From the NCBI GenBank assembly GCA_000320545.1, contig ADNK01000550.1:124001-188000 (forward strand): a stretch of DNA of 64,000 nt. Reading direction: 5' to 3'. The translations under genes were made by a program, and so were the position numbers. The stretch is from Bigelowiella natans CCMP2755 (lineage: Eukaryota > Protista > Cercozoa). This document shows, one piece after another, positions 31,109 to 42,145 of this stretch. A model generated the notes under the pieces. That model was not told the DNA's origin. It saw only the letters and a list, made by a program, of their open reading frames with translations, and did no database searches. Positions within the stretch are counted from its first letter, which is position 1, and each line of letters opens with the position of its first letter.

Positions 31109-32272
31109 ATGATGGGATACACTGGAGTTAATGACGACGAGATGCTTAACCAGCTAGCGTCTTCGGCCGATCAAAAGACCCACAGCGGAGAAGAGAACAC
31201 CAATGACGGGAAATACGAAGCGCCTCGTAGTTTTGGTAGCAGGTACGCGCAAAACCCGATGAGCATGGCAGTGAACACCGCAATGCAGGATGCCTCAAAT
31301 GACGGGCACGTCCCGATCTTTTCGAGTCACCACCACCACGACACTCACGACGTTAAGCACACTGGAGCCGCGGACACCAAATCCAAATGGACGGCAAGTG
31401 GCGAGGAGGCCCAAAGACAGGACCAGGAAACCTTGCAGCGCAACATCCTTCTCCTTAAACAACAGAACGAGCAACTCGAGCGCGCGCGATTAATGCACCA
31501 GCTCAAACGAATGGCCGGGGACGAGTGTCCCAGTAGCAGCAGCAAGACGAGCACGCATGAGCTCCGCAAGCTTGCGCAGGAACACAAGATGCTAAAACGC
31601 GGTGACTTTGTGGTTAGAATGATGCGGCGCATGCTTCTGTTCACATCGCAGCTGACCGAAGAGGTCTCAAAGCAGTTAGATAAGGAGAAGAAGGTCGTCG
31701 ATTTGACTGGCTGGGCGCAAAACTTTGAGCTTGAAATGCAGAACTACGAGGAGCTTTTGTACGACATCTACGACTACTACCTGACCGACATCAACTCGAA
31801 TCCTGTCGCGACTCTCGCGTTCGCGATGGTTACGAGCGCGGCGTGCCATTCCATGCAGCGACGGATATGCGCGAATCCGCTCTTTTCAATGCTAGGAGGG
31901 GGTGCCGGGGGCGGCGACTCGTCTCGGCGCGGGGGCGGCCTCGGCGGCGGGTTCTCGATTAAATCCGACGACGACCAAGACAGTGATAGACTGAACCTGA
32001 GCGGAGGGGGCATCGACACCAGTAACAGCGGCGCGCAAACCCAAAGCGCAGGGGGTTACAGGAACACACGACTGAGTGGAGCCATGCTGCAGCGGCACCG
32101 TCGCGGGGGTGGTCCCGGCAGAAGCCTGAACATAACGATCAACACCAACCCGAATACCACTGGCGGCGCGGCCGCCCCTAACACGGAGACCGCCGGGGAA
32201 TCGGGGAACTCAAACGTGATGCCTGACGACATGTCCAGCCTGAACCTGACCGCCGCCGACGTGACCGAGTGA
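31109..32272 (+). CDS. conserved NCLDV protein (DUF5767-like)
   Basis: VRMMRRMLL...VDLTGWAQNF...NYEELLYDIYDYY...NPVATLAFAMVTSAACHSM matches the recalled family motif (FQRKMLM...LDGWSE...DYDDVFEELHEKY...PELKLL..LGGSA.MFH). Confidence 0.7.
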   Translation: MMGYTGVNDDEMLNQLASSADQKTHSGEENTNDGKYEAPRSFGSRYAQNPMSMAVNTAMQDASNDGHVPIFSSHHHHDTHDVKHTGAADTKSKWTASGEEAQRQDQETLQRNILLLKQQNEQLERARLMHQLKRMAGDECPSSSSKTSTHELRKLAQEHKMLKRGDFVVRMMRRMLLFTSQLTEEVSKQLDKEKKVVDLTGWAQNFELEMQNYEELLYDIYDYYLTDINSNPVATLAFAMVTSAACHSMQRRICANPLFSMLGGGAGGGDSSRRGGGLGGGFSIKSDDDQDSDRLNLSGGGIDTSNSGAQTQSAGGYRNTRLSGAMLQRHRRGGGPGRSLNITINTNPNTTGGAAAPNTETAGESGNSNVMPDDMSSLNLTAADVTE

Positions 32273-32297
32273 AAGAAACTACACAACGACTACTATT

Positions 32298-32663
32298 TTA
32301 CGAATCGTGTTCATCCTGATGCGCGTTGCGCAGCTGCGTCATGATGCTCCCGGTCGGGTACCCTATCAAGACCGCTCGGCGATTTCGCTTAGCCGGCTTA
32401 GCAAGTACGATGCCGTAAACCGAGCTTTCATCAAGGAACGAGTCGCTGTTGCTGTCTTTGAGCTCTGCGCTAATCTTATCAGCAAGCAGTGCGGCTTTTT
32501 TGCGATCGAAGCCCACGTATTCCGCGACGTCGTGGCAATTGTTTATCAGAAATTCAGTGTCCTTTTCTTCGACGACTTTGGCATCTCTCTGTTTTCGCTT
32601 CTTATTTTTTTTCATGTCTTTCTGCCCTCTCAAAATTTGATTTTCCTGTTTTATATGTGTCAA
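32298..32663 (-). CDS. hypothetical protein
   Basis: 121-aa ORF between conserved genes. Confidence 0.45.
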   Translation of the reverse strand: MTHIKQENQILRGQKDMKKNKKRKQRDAKVVEEKDTEFLINNCHDVAEYVGFDRKKAALLADKISAELKDSNSDSFLDESSVYGIVLAKPAKRNRRAVLIGYPTGSIMTQLRNAHQDEHDS

Positions 32664-32787
32664 CTTGTGTTGGTCTCAACAGGTGTGTGTGCCGTCGCAA
32701 AAATACAAACTAGAGTGCAATCGACAAAAAAAAACCTACGAAGAAGAGTGCCTCACGATCTAATCCATCAACACAGCCATACACAAC

Positions 32788-33390
32788 ATGCTCGCAACCG
32801 ATAAAACCAAAGTGAACGAGATGCAGACGCGCCGCCTGCTTCTAAACAATTATGTCATGCACACATTCGCGCAGAATTCCGGCATCTACGACATGCAAAT
32901 CGCAGACACCTTGAATGCCGTGACGTTGAGTAGCGTGAAGAACATCGAGCAGCACATGATGCTTGTTCGCGAATGCATACTACGCGTGGACAGCGACGAG
33001 GAGTACGCCTCGCTGCAGAGGGAGAACATCTCGCGCATCATTGTCGGCGCCGCCGAGGCCTTGTGCAAGCGCCAGTTGTGTCTGTACAAAGCGTTCTGCA
33101 AGAACAAATTGAAGGAAAAATCGAGTGAAGCAAAGAAAGAATACCATCAAATTTGCCAAACATGCAGAATCAAAAGCACGGAGAACATGACAAACGTTGA
33201 CCTCATGATGCAGACCGTCAGCTGCCTGTACAGGCAATACGAGGTGATCGGGTACACGGTGTATCAGTACATCATGGGACAACTAAAGCGGTGCTTCGCA
33301 TACAAAATCAAACCATTAAGCAATGCAAGTGAAGGGTTAGGCTTAGACGACGAAGATGAAGAGGGATTGAATGAAATGACCGAGATTTAA
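32788..33390 (+). CDS. hypothetical protein
   Basis: 200-aa ATG ORF with typical codon bias. Confidence 0.65.
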   Translation: MLATDKTKVNEMQTRRLLLNNYVMHTFAQNSGIYDMQIADTLNAVTLSSVKNIEQHMMLVRECILRVDSDEEYASLQRENISRIIVGAAEALCKRQLCLYKAFCKNKLKEKSSEAKKEYHQICQTCRIKSTENMTNVDLMMQTVSCLYRQYEVIGYTVYQYIMGQLKRCFAYKIKPLSNASEGLGLDDEDEEGLNEMTEI

Positions 33391-33558
33391 TGACAAACAG
33401 ACATGCCTTGCACGTAAAAGCAAGCCGGTTCATTTTCATTTTCCGAACACAAACGATTTCTTGTCCTAAAAAAAAACATCAGCTCCCCTGCTGCCCTTGT
33501 TTTAGGCGCAGCAGCTTGATCTATCACACAGAGTTTTCTAAACCTTTGCGAGATCAAG

Positions 33559-35031
33559 ATGAATTCCGACGTCGTGCGCCTTGGCAAGGTTCGAAAGCTT
33601 CGGAAGAGGTTCACGTCTGTTCTGACACAACTAAAATCGACGCTTCAGCAACTTTTGCACGTAGCCTCGAACCGTCTGCACACCGCGAAGCAGAATTTTC
33701 TAGAGGCTCAGACGGATGCCTTGAAAAGAGCAACCATTGTTGAAAGCAAACGCATTGACTTGTTGAAGAATCGCATCCAAGCGGTCGACGAGCTAACGGA
33801 CAACATCAAATCGACCTCGCTAAAGAACGACATGCTCGTGCTTTTGTTGTCTAGGAACGTGCAACAGCCATACGCGGTGTGCGGTGTGATGGTCGATCTC
33901 GGCTACGTCGAGTGGTTGCAAACGATCCAGACAGAGGATTCGAGACAGAAACTCGACGAGTTCATCCTGAAGACATGCTTCCTTGCCCGAGAACTCGACA
34001 CGACGCGGCAGCTCACCGAGAGCACCACCGCAACCATCAAAGCGATGCAGAAGGAACAGGGGCATTCGTCGTCAAGCGAAACGTTCGACCTTGAAAAAGG
34101 TTTGGGACCGGGTGCGAAATTCGACGACATGAAACACTACAATCGAGGCGGAGCAAAAAAAACCCGAACGCAGACCGAGCTGCTGCATTCGTGGGTCCAG
34201 GACTCGATCGGGGAGGTCAGGAAGACGCTTTATTTCAATTGCGAAAGCCACGCCGAGGCGGCGTGTGCGCTCCATATGAACACAAAGGACAAGATCAAGA
34301 CCATGAAGAAAAACCTGAACACGGCGTCCACGGAGAAAATTTCCAAGACCGGGCAGTCGATCCTCGACATGGCGAACAAGGCGATCACCGGATCGGGAAA
34401 GAATGCAGTGGCCCTGCAAAAACTTGTGCCGCGCAAGATAACTTCCACGCTGAATCTCAACGCCAAAAATGGCAAGGGCAAGTCCAAGATCAACGAGGTC
34501 CGCGTCAAAATGCTCAAAAACGTCTTCATCAAGATCCTGACCGAGGTCAAGACCACCCTGCCTGCGCGAGACGACCTGGAAGATCTGCTCTTCTTGACAG
34601 ACAACTACCTTTCGGATCTTCAGCAGGTGTTCGACTTGGCCGGAACGCCCGCTACGAAGAGAACGTTGCAGCCGGCAACTACGACGGAGTCCGAAGACGA
34701 CAAGATCAAAAAACTCAATTCTCTATGGAGGAACATCGTGAAAGACAGCACAGATTTCTTCACGACGCTGTCGGAATTAGAATCAACGAAGAATCTGCAC
34801 CAGAAGCTATTTGATGTTGCCGAGCAAATGGGAGGACTGTTTCAGCGATCCTTCGCGACCGCGCGCTCGGCATTCGGGGGAGGCGGGAATGTTCCCGGCA
34901 AGAACAGACACAAAGGCAATTTGAAGACAATCAAGGCAAGCGGCAGCGCTGCGGCCTCTAACAGCCAGGGCACAAGCATGTTCCGAACAATTTATGATGC
35001 ATGCATGGATGCAATGGGAATGTTGATGTAA
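33559..35031 (+). CDS. hypothetical helical / coiled-coil protein
   Basis: 490-aa ATG ORF. Confidence 0.75.
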   Translation: MNSDVVRLGKVRKLRKRFTSVLTQLKSTLQQLLHVASNRLHTAKQNFLEAQTDALKRATIVESKRIDLLKNRIQAVDELTDNIKSTSLKNDMLVLLLSRNVQQPYAVCGVMVDLGYVEWLQTIQTEDSRQKLDEFILKTCFLARELDTTRQLTESTTATIKAMQKEQGHSSSSETFDLEKGLGPGAKFDDMKHYNRGGAKKTRTQTELLHSWVQDSIGEVRKTLYFNCESHAEAACALHMNTKDKIKTMKKNLNTASTEKISKTGQSILDMANKAITGSGKNAVALQKLVPRKITSTLNLNAKNGKGKSKINEVRVKMLKNVFIKILTEVKTTLPARDDLEDLLFLTDNYLSDLQQVFDLAGTPATKRTLQPATTTESEDDKIKKLNSLWRNIVKDSTDFFTTLSELESTKNLHQKLFDVAEQMGGLFQRSFATARSAFGGGGNVPGKNRHKGNLKTIKASGSAAASNSQGTSMFRTIYDACMDAMGMLM

Positions 35032-35086
35032 ACTCTTGCACATCTATTTTTAAAATTTTATCAAGACAAATACATGTAACCATCAT

Positions 35087-38000
35087 TTACAACAAGTGAC
35101 GTATTTCCAAATCGAACGAATGTGACAAGCCGCGAAAGTCGACTGTGCGCCCGTTCTTGTCTTTCCAGACAACTTTCATGTTTTTGAGGAACGGTATGGT
35201 CGAGGCGACCGACCCGTTCCTTCTGCGCGCGTTGAACATGAGCGCGTCCTTGCTGGCGTTCGCATTGAACACCTTTTTACCCGCTACGAAGCTCTCGCAA
35301 AGGAAACCTGGCAGCGAGGTCAGTTCCACGCGAGCGATGCAGTTGTCCAGGGTCTCGAGCAGCGCGCCGCCTCCAAGGTCGTCGTAAGAGGTCTGCAGCG
35401 ACTCAATGCTTGTTGTGTTCGTGACCGCAGTGCTTGCAGAAGTCGTGTTGTTCGATTCATGAAGGCTGCTCGAGACCTGCTGCGCGAGTGCGCGAACAAC
35501 TCGGACGCGTTGAATGTCCACCTGCGACACCTCCAGGCACTCGAACCCGTCGATGCAGAGGTACACGTAAGACTCGCCGTTGCCAGCGTTCGTGATGGCC
35601 GAGGCCAGGGTCAGGTGCTCCGCGAGTTTTTGGTCTTCGTAGTTCGTGGTGAGTCGTTCGTACACGTTCTGCATCGGGAAAACCGGTCGGAGCTCTTCGG
35701 CCTTCACCATGCTGTTGTTGTCGGTCACCTGCACGACGCATTGCATGTATTTGAGCAGCGCCTTTTCCGGATCGTACTCGATTGCGTTTGAGGTGCTGAT
35801 CTCCGCTTGCTCTGGAAGCGTCTCGACGCCCTTTGCCTCGTTCTTGTACTTGACCCGCTTGGAGTTTTGAGATACGACCTTTGAGAACTCTATCGCTTGC
35901 TCCCGTGCAACGCTGTTGCGCAGGGCAGCTTGCATGACTTGCTCGGTCGTCTTTATGGTTTCCTCGTGAGCGTCGGTGCGGTTCTCGGGAAGGACCCAGC
36001 AGCGGAATTCTTTGGTGGTTTTCAGAAGATTGTGCCGCGTGTCGATCTCCCCGTTCAGCTGCAATACGTCGAATTTCGTGTTGGCTAGGAAGACCAAACG
36101 CGTCATCGGAAGAACAGAGATTTGCATGTTCTCCGATGATGCGATGTAATTTGCGTCGTATAGCATGGCTTTTTCGTTGGTGTCGGACTGTGACGGGGTG
36201 CCGTGCAACACCACTACCCCGGTCTGAGCGTCGACCTCAACCTGCATCCATCTGGGTATCGTTGAATTGCGGTAGTCGATGGAATAGGTGGTCGTTGACG
36301 GGGTGAAATCTATGTCCTTCTCGTCGGACAGGTGTAGCGTGCACTTTGTGGTGAACATGGTGTTGGCGTTCACGGTGAGGATGTTGCTGATCTCCCAATC
36401 CTTGGTCGAAAGGGTGGTGTTGGATCGTGGGGCAAAGGCACCGCCCAAAAAGAGTTGGGTGTTGCCCTGTTTCACGTGGACTTGGGTTTTGAAGTGGTTC
36501 CATGTTGATGTTCCATTCGCGAGATTCGCCTGTGATGGCGACAACAGGAGATCAAGGGCATGGATGCCCTCCCCGACAGCCCCGTGGTGTGGATTCTTGG
36601 AGGTTCCAATGAGAAGCGTCTTGGTTGCCGGAGAGAAGCGAGTCCAAAATACGTCCGTCGACCCAATGCTTCCTTGCTTCTTGGCCTCATAAGAAAGACC
36701 GATCTTTTCGTCATCATTTACCCTGATCACGTCCTCGTAATCGGCGCTTAGAACCATGGCAATGGCTTTGCTGTTGCTCAATACCGTTGTTGCTGACGGC
36801 GAATTCGAGCGGAGGATCTTCATCGGGGGCCAGTACAGGCTTTGGTTTGATTCCGTCTTGGTAAAAAGCTTGGTCAGTTTTACGTCATAGCTGTAGGCCT
36901 CCACATTCTTGCCCTCGTTGAAAACGCGCAAAGATGTGTAATTGATGATGTTGATCTTAATTGTTTTCGTACCTGAAAAAGAGGCGGGTATATTTTTTGC
37001 AACAATTGCCATCCTGACCACGTAAGGACTCGAATTTATTGTTTCTTTTGAAATTCCGGGACATGCAATGGGATCGAAGGTGGCCGCTGCGTTGCTAAAC
37101 GATCTGGAACTCAAAAACGTGTTGGAAGTTAGAGATGCGAGCGTTCTTCGTTTAAGTGTCTCTACTGGCAGAATGAAGAAATCGTTGTGCAATGGCTGTG
37201 ATGAAAGTTCTTCGTTTCCTGTACTGATTTTTTTTTGCCATTTGCCAATATTATTGTTGTAGAACATGTTGTCTGGGTAGGTTTGTGGACTCAGGGGCAA
37301 GGCATCTAAGAGTGTTGTTTCTGATAAAAACACGTACTTCGCCGCGGCCTCAACGTACGCCTGGTGTAGATTCTCATGCCAGTCTAGATCTTCGGAGTAA
37401 TGTTCCGTCATCGATTCGTAGACATATTTGTCAATGTAGTCACTTACTGCGTGCAAGTTCATGTCAAAGACAAAGGTGTAGTGCCCGCCCTGCGTTTCGT
37501 CCCAAGTGTCCAGAACAATGTCATTAGGAAATTTGAAGATCTGACTTATTGGGTAACTCGGGGTAAATCCATCGCTTAGTGCCGTGTAGGTTTTGTTCAC
37601 CTCGTGATTCAAAAAATAAGTCATCCATGGCACAGTGTCGTTGTCATACTTGCCTTTACTTCGGTTGTACTGTCCGCAAAGCATCGGGGTCACAGTTTCG
37701 TGGTGATGCAAAACACCTTCATCGTGCTTAGATTCTGATTCATTGATTTTCCGGAGTGTTTTGGCATGTTCCAGTGCGGTCTTTTCCGTCAAACCATGCA
37801 CAAAAGCACCCTGCACCGGCAACCAAGGCATTCTTGGCATCAACCCAACCAGCCCGTTTGTCAATGGTTCGTTCAATCGTTTGCCTTCCCCTGGAAAACG
37901 AAATGAGTGTGCTTTGCTCGGTTTCAATTTGGGGATCAAGTGCATCCTCAAGTGGTAGATCTTGTGTGCAGGAAACAAGGAATAAAATCGATTGGTGTGA

Positions 38001-41000
38001 TACACAATGCAACTAGGAATGTCGATTCCTTTGATTGCTGATGTCACTGCAGTGCCGATGTCTTTGTAGGTGACCTGCAACCCCTTTTTGTCATCAAAGT
38101 TAAACCTACTCAGGTAACCCTTTTTGGTCATCCCAGCAGTCTCGTACTTGAAGTCCATCGGCAACAACGATTTTTGTTGGATGACGTTTGGCATGAAGTC
38201 ATCTGTGCTGGCCTCGGGAACAGAATAGGACACATCAAAGTAATCGTGTATGTTGTCAACTTTGATCTCTTCTGCAATGGTTTTGAGAGCCGCATCAGAG
38301 GATCGGTGCAGAGTCAGTACATCGGGATTGCAGTTGTGCAGCAACTCCATGTTAATCACACTTTCGTGGCGTGTGAAAGTGTTTTTGAACGGGATGTTGT
38401 ATCTGAAGGGATATTCGATGATCTTATTTGGATCATTAGAAGCCCTCTTCTGCTCCTCAGTGTAGTACGAATTGATCCCTGGCCATTTCGGAAGCACATG
38501 GGAATTGTTCATGTAAGACTCTTGGGTTTGATTGCCATCATACAAAGTAACAACAACCCTTTCCAGTAATTCTTTTGTAGGTTCCCAGACCAACTCCAGT
38601 GTGCATTTGCTTTTTTTGAGGTGCGGATTTTCTTTGCGAATCGTTTCGCGAAATTTTTGAAGCTCGACGGTGTCGATCGGTATTGCAAAGTGTGTCACAT
38701 CGTTGTCATTTTTAGGTAATGTGTTGTCCATGCTGGACACAAAAACACAACGGTCTCCGTTAGGAAACAATTTACCCTCGATGTTCTGTCCCGAGAAGAT
38801 TTTGATGGTTTCTTTGTCGAACTTGGCTTTAACCCCTAAAAGCCCGTCTTTCGACACACTGCTTATGTATCCCGTGTTTGTAGCTATAGTGGTAAACCCA
38901 GATGCCCCAGTAATTGCAACATCGATTTGCAGATTTTCGACCGATTTCTCCGTCACATGCAAAATGATCTGCTTTGTGCCCACCGTGCCTTGTTTTGACA
39001 CCCCAAACGTCGTGCTAGGGGAGCCATTGAATGCGATGTAGTCAATGACAACGTCATTAGAAACAGAATACAATTTGTTTTGGGTTTTTTGGTCAACCAA
39101 TATGCCCTGTTCGTAAAGCGGTATGCAGCTGTATGACTTCTCGACGACATTGGACACTGTAGCGTTGAAATCGTAATCGTGGAAAGCACACAGTGCTGCG
39201 GATGTATTCACAAATGGGTTGAGGTACATGACGTCCCGAACATACCTCAAAGCAAAAAGCACGTACTTCAGCCTGGTCCATGAGGTCTTAGACGGGGGTA
39301 TTCTGTCTGGATCGACGAGCGGATCCACTTGATTTAGGAATTTGTCAAGATCCTTCACTGTGTATTTCGTCAACTGTGGAGCACGAATGACCCAATTTGC
39401 GTCGTTGTCGCTCGTCCCGTCAGAAATTGTTTTGAAATCACCCCCTGTCGTCACATTGATTTGGTAATCAAGTGGGTTTAGGACAATATCATTCGAAGTC
39501 GGGGTAGCGGATGTTGTGCTATAAAGGGTCTCGATGTTTGTTGCGACAGTAGTGTAGTTGTCGGTTCGCAAATTTCCGTCATCAGGAACTACATGAATCA
39601 GAGTGCACTTCACGTGACTCAAATTGGCATGCACATTGTCTTTCGTCTCGTCGATCAGGCGGAATTGTCCGTCAGGGTGCGAGGCGGTGTGAATTTTCGT
39701 GTGCGATTTGCAGAAAGGAAACTGTACGGCAGGAAACTGAACGAAACCGATTTCTTTGTTCGGTCGAGCCGATTGAGATCGGGGATACACATTTGTGATG
39801 CTGACGAGGTGGTCGGCAAATGTTAATTGAGAGATATTAGGGTCAGGGGGTTTAACGTACAACACCAGCTGCATCCTTGTCTCCTTGCTGCGGTCCACTG
39901 GGTCGAGGGTGGTGTTGTAGAAATACTGCCACGGAACCGCGTAATTTGTCCCTTGATGCTCGAGTGTTTCTACAGGTTTGCTGGTGATTTGAGGAGGATC
40001 ATTCTGAGTATTTTTCTCGTCGTATGCAAATGGGTAGTCATAACTCTCACCGCGTTTGTACCTGCCGTAGCACACAGGGTTTAATCGATTTGTTTCTTTT
40101 TCGAACGTGTACGGATTAACAACTCGAATTGCTGGATGTTTGGACGTCACCTCCATGTAAGACGGGTCGAGGTAGTTAGGGAATCTCAAGTGAAACACCA
40201 TGTAACCTCCCGTTGCATTGAGACCATGAAACTGCATGAGATTCGGAATCGCGTGCCCGATAACATCGATGCTAAAATTGTTTCTTTTGTCAGTCGCCAA
40301 GCTAATCCCTGACCTGGCATCGCTTATGAGCTGATAGGTCGAGTTTGTAGACGCATTATCTGGCAATTTGTACCTCGGACTCGTCTTGGATGAAGGCTCA
40401 GGAGGAACTTTAATGATGTTAGTGTCGGTTGGTGCGAATTGCGGATTAGTTAAAGGATTATTTACAGTGTCAGTAATAACATAATGTGGAACGCAAGTCG
40501 ATCCTGGGTGGCGAATGTGCACGAAGAGATGCGACGGTGCAAACGCAGTGTGTGTGTCATCCGAAGATCCTACTACGAGTGCCTCTGTGGGAAGCGTACC
40601 ATCTGTCACGTACAACAGAGAACGCAGGGATACGGTGACCGCTTTGCGGTACCCATCCGACAAAAGTGGCATCAATGTGTGCGCAAACCCCTTTTTTGCT
40701 GCAAACTCCTTGCTTTCCTCACCTGCATCCCCGAGCAGACCGAAGTCATTGCGTGTAGCGGGGCTAACACCGGAAGAGTTTCGCAGAAGCGCCCGAAGAC
40801 TGTCATGGGCGTTCTTGTTCCTGCCTAGCGTCGCAAAGGTCTCTGTGCTCATGTAGGCCGGGTAAAATTGGAAACCAAGAAATTCGAGATTGGTGGTGCT
40901 ATCAGCCAAACCGAGTGCCTTGAGCCAATTTTCGTCAAATTTTCCGTCACTCTTGCGTTTGATGTCAATGAAAAGTGTGAATTCAACAGACGCGGCGTGG

Positions 41001-41686
41001 GTCTGTTTTGCCTCGGGAACCCAGTGCGTGAAGTCACTGAAGCCCATCCAAATAGAATTAGTGAATGTACCGGAAACCTGGTTGTAAAGAGATGGCAAGA
41101 AAGCTTCACCAGACCCGTTTGCAGGGTCCGTGTGCCATTTGCTGCTTGCTCGCATTGTGACATCGGAGCTGCCGAGGAAATTGTTTATGAGTTCCATGCG
41201 ACAGAGCACGAACGGCACTTTGCATCGGGATTCGCTCGCCGAACCTGACGCGGTCTTCCGCCAGTGGTCATAAAACAGGTCGCTGTTGAGGCGCACGTTC
41301 AACTGCAACTGAATAGTTCTGTTTAGGTTTGTGTTTGTGCTGTTTATTTCCTCCACAATTACGTTGTTAACTGTGTTCCCATTGCTGTTATTCACATCTG
41401 CTGCTATCCCGATCTCGTGAGTTTTCGGAGTTTGGTAATTCACGTTGTTAAGCCAGCTCCATTGGGATGGGTTAGCATTGGGATCCAGGCGGTAGTTGCT
41501 TCCTTCTTGAAATTGCAACAAGTAAGGGTTCGAATTCGGCATTGCCGGGATCTCTGTGGCATTGTCAATGCACGCCTGCAAGGGCTTGTTTGATTCAACA
41601 CCATCGTATCTGCAGCATGTCTGAAAATTTGGAGCAGCGCTCACTGACTGACTAGACGCAACTGATAGCGAAGTCAGTGAACTCAT
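35087..41686 (-). CDS. very large (2199 aa) beta-rich virion protein ending in a penton-like C-terminal jelly-roll half
   Basis: C-terminus GESYVYLCID...CIARVEL...LKNMKVVWKDKNGRTVDFRGLSHSFDLEI matches the C-half pattern of NCLDV penton-like proteins (G..YI.L.I...FAKI.L...L..L...F....G...DF.G..HS..LEI). Confidence 0.7.
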   Translation of the reverse strand: MSSLTSLSVASSQSVSAAPNFQTCCRYDGVESNKPLQACIDNATEIPAMPNSNPYLLQFQEGSNYRLDPNANPSQWSWLNNVNYQTPKTHEIGIAADVNNSNGNTVNNVIVEEINSTNTNLNRTIQLQLNVRLNSDLFYDHWRKTASGSASESRCKVPFVLCRMELINNFLGSSDVTMRASSKWHTDPANGSGEAFLPSLYNQVSGTFTNSIWMGFSDFTHWVPEAKQTHAASVEFTLFIDIKRKSDGKFDENWLKALGLADSTTNLEFLGFQFYPAYMSTETFATLGRNKNAHDSLRALLRNSSGVSPATRNDFGLLGDAGEESKEFAAKKGFAHTLMPLLSDGYRKAVTVSLRSLLYVTDGTLPTEALVVGSSDDTHTAFAPSHLFVHIRHPGSTCVPHYVITDTVNNPLTNPQFAPTDTNIIKVPPEPSSKTSPRYKLPDNASTNSTYQLISDARSGISLATDKRNNFSIDVIGHAIPNLMQFHGLNATGGYMVFHLRFPNYLDPSYMEVTSKHPAIRVVNPYTFEKETNRLNPVCYGRYKRGESYDYPFAYDEKNTQNDPPQITSKPVETLEHQGTNYAVPWQYFYNTTLDPVDRSKETRMQLVLYVKPPDPNISQLTFADHLVSITNVYPRSQSARPNKEIGFVQFPAVQFPFCKSHTKIHTASHPDGQFRLIDETKDNVHANLSHVKCTLIHVVPDDGNLRTDNYTTVATNIETLYSTTSATPTSNDIVLNPLDYQINVTTGGDFKTISDGTSDNDANWVIRAPQLTKYTVKDLDKFLNQVDPLVDPDRIPPSKTSWTRLKYVLFALRYVRDVMYLNPFVNTSAALCAFHDYDFNATVSNVVEKSYSCIPLYEQGILVDQKTQNKLYSVSNDVVIDYIAFNGSPSTTFGVSKQGTVGTKQIILHVTEKSVENLQIDVAITGASGFTTIATNTGYISSVSKDGLLGVKAKFDKETIKIFSGQNIEGKLFPNGDRCVFVSSMDNTLPKNDNDVTHFAIPIDTVELQKFRETIRKENPHLKKSKCTLELVWEPTKELLERVVVTLYDGNQTQESYMNNSHVLPKWPGINSYYTEEQKRASNDPNKIIEYPFRYNIPFKNTFTRHESVINMELLHNCNPDVLTLHRSSDAALKTIAEEIKVDNIHDYFDVSYSVPEASTDDFMPNVIQQKSLLPMDFKYETAGMTKKGYLSRFNFDDKKGLQVTYKDIGTAVTSAIKGIDIPSCIVYHTNRFYSLFPAHKIYHLRMHLIPKLKPSKAHSFRFPGEGKRLNEPLTNGLVGLMPRMPWLPVQGAFVHGLTEKTALEHAKTLRKINESESKHDEGVLHHHETVTPMLCGQYNRSKGKYDNDTVPWMTYFLNHEVNKTYTALSDGFTPSYPISQIFKFPNDIVLDTWDETQGGHYTFVFDMNLHAVSDYIDKYVYESMTEHYSEDLDWHENLHQAYVEAAAKYVFLSETTLLDALPLSPQTYPDNMFYNNNIGKWQKKISTGNEELSSQPLHNDFFILPVETLKRRTLASLTSNTFLSSRSFSNAAATFDPIACPGISKETINSSPYVVRMAIVAKNIPASFSGTKTIKINIINYTSLRVFNEGKNVEAYSYDVKLTKLFTKTESNQSLYWPPMKILRSNSPSATTVLSNSKAIAMVLSADYEDVIRVNDDEKIGLSYEAKKQGSIGSTDVFWTRFSPATKTLLIGTSKNPHHGAVGEGIHALDLLLSPSQANLANGTSTWNHFKTQVHVKQGNTQLFLGGAFAPRSNTTLSTKDWEISNILTVNANTMFTTKCTLHLSDEKDIDFTPSTTTYSIDYRNSTIPRWMQVEVDAQTGVVVLHGTPSQSDTNEKAMLYDANYIASSENMQISVLPMTRLVFLANTKFDVLQLNGEIDTRHNLLKTTKEFRCWVLPENRTDAHEETIKTTEQVMQAALRNSVAREQAIEFSKVVSQNSKRVKYKNEAKGVETLPEQAEISTSNAIEYDPEKALLKYMQCVVQVTDNNSMVKAEELRPVFPMQNVYERLTTNYEDQKLAEHLTLASAITNAGNGESYVYLCIDGFECLEVSQVDIQRVRVVRALAQQVSSSLHESNNTTSASTAVTNTTSIESLQTSYDDLGGGALLETLDNCIARVELTSLPGFLCESFVAGKKVFNANASKDALMFNARRRNGSVASTIPFLKNMKVVWKDKNGRTVDFRGLSHSFDLEIRHLL

Positions 41687-41809
41687 GTTTCAGATTTTTA
41701 TTTCACCGCACAGAAATTGCACGAAAAAGCAGCAAAGTGCTTCATTTTTTTTTGGCTCCGAAATTAGGTCCAATGAACAACGCTCTACGCAACACGACAC
41801 AACCGGAAA

Positions 41810-42145
41810 ATGCTCCCCCCCCATCCACTGTGGTACGTGTGCTTGTCAGTTCGCCTGCTGCTCGCCTACCTGGTCAAACTAAACGACAAGCCAGAATGGA
41901 TCAAAATGACGTTGCTCATCATGCTCGCGCTCATCTCATCCGGGTTCGCGTACAACTCGCTGTTTGGCAGCAACAACGAGGTTCAACTGCGCGCGGTGTT
42001 TTGGCACGACGCGCGATGGGTGCATGCGATGCTGTTTGGCGTTGCGGCCGCTAAGCTAGCGCAGAACGAGGCGACTGCCGCTTTTTCAATTCTGATTTTT
42101 GATGTCGTGTTCTCTGTGACGTACCGGCTTGTCACATGGAAGTAA
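41810..42145 (+). CDS. small multi-pass membrane protein of a type recalled from giant viruses
   Basis: VFWHDARWVHAMLF motif with four hydrophobic segments. Confidence 0.6.
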   Translation: MLPPHPLWYVCLSVRLLLAYLVKLNDKPEWIKMTLLIMLALISSGFAYNSLFGSNNEVQLRAVFWHDARWVHAMLFGVAAAKLAQNEATAAFSILIFDVVFSVTYRLVTWK

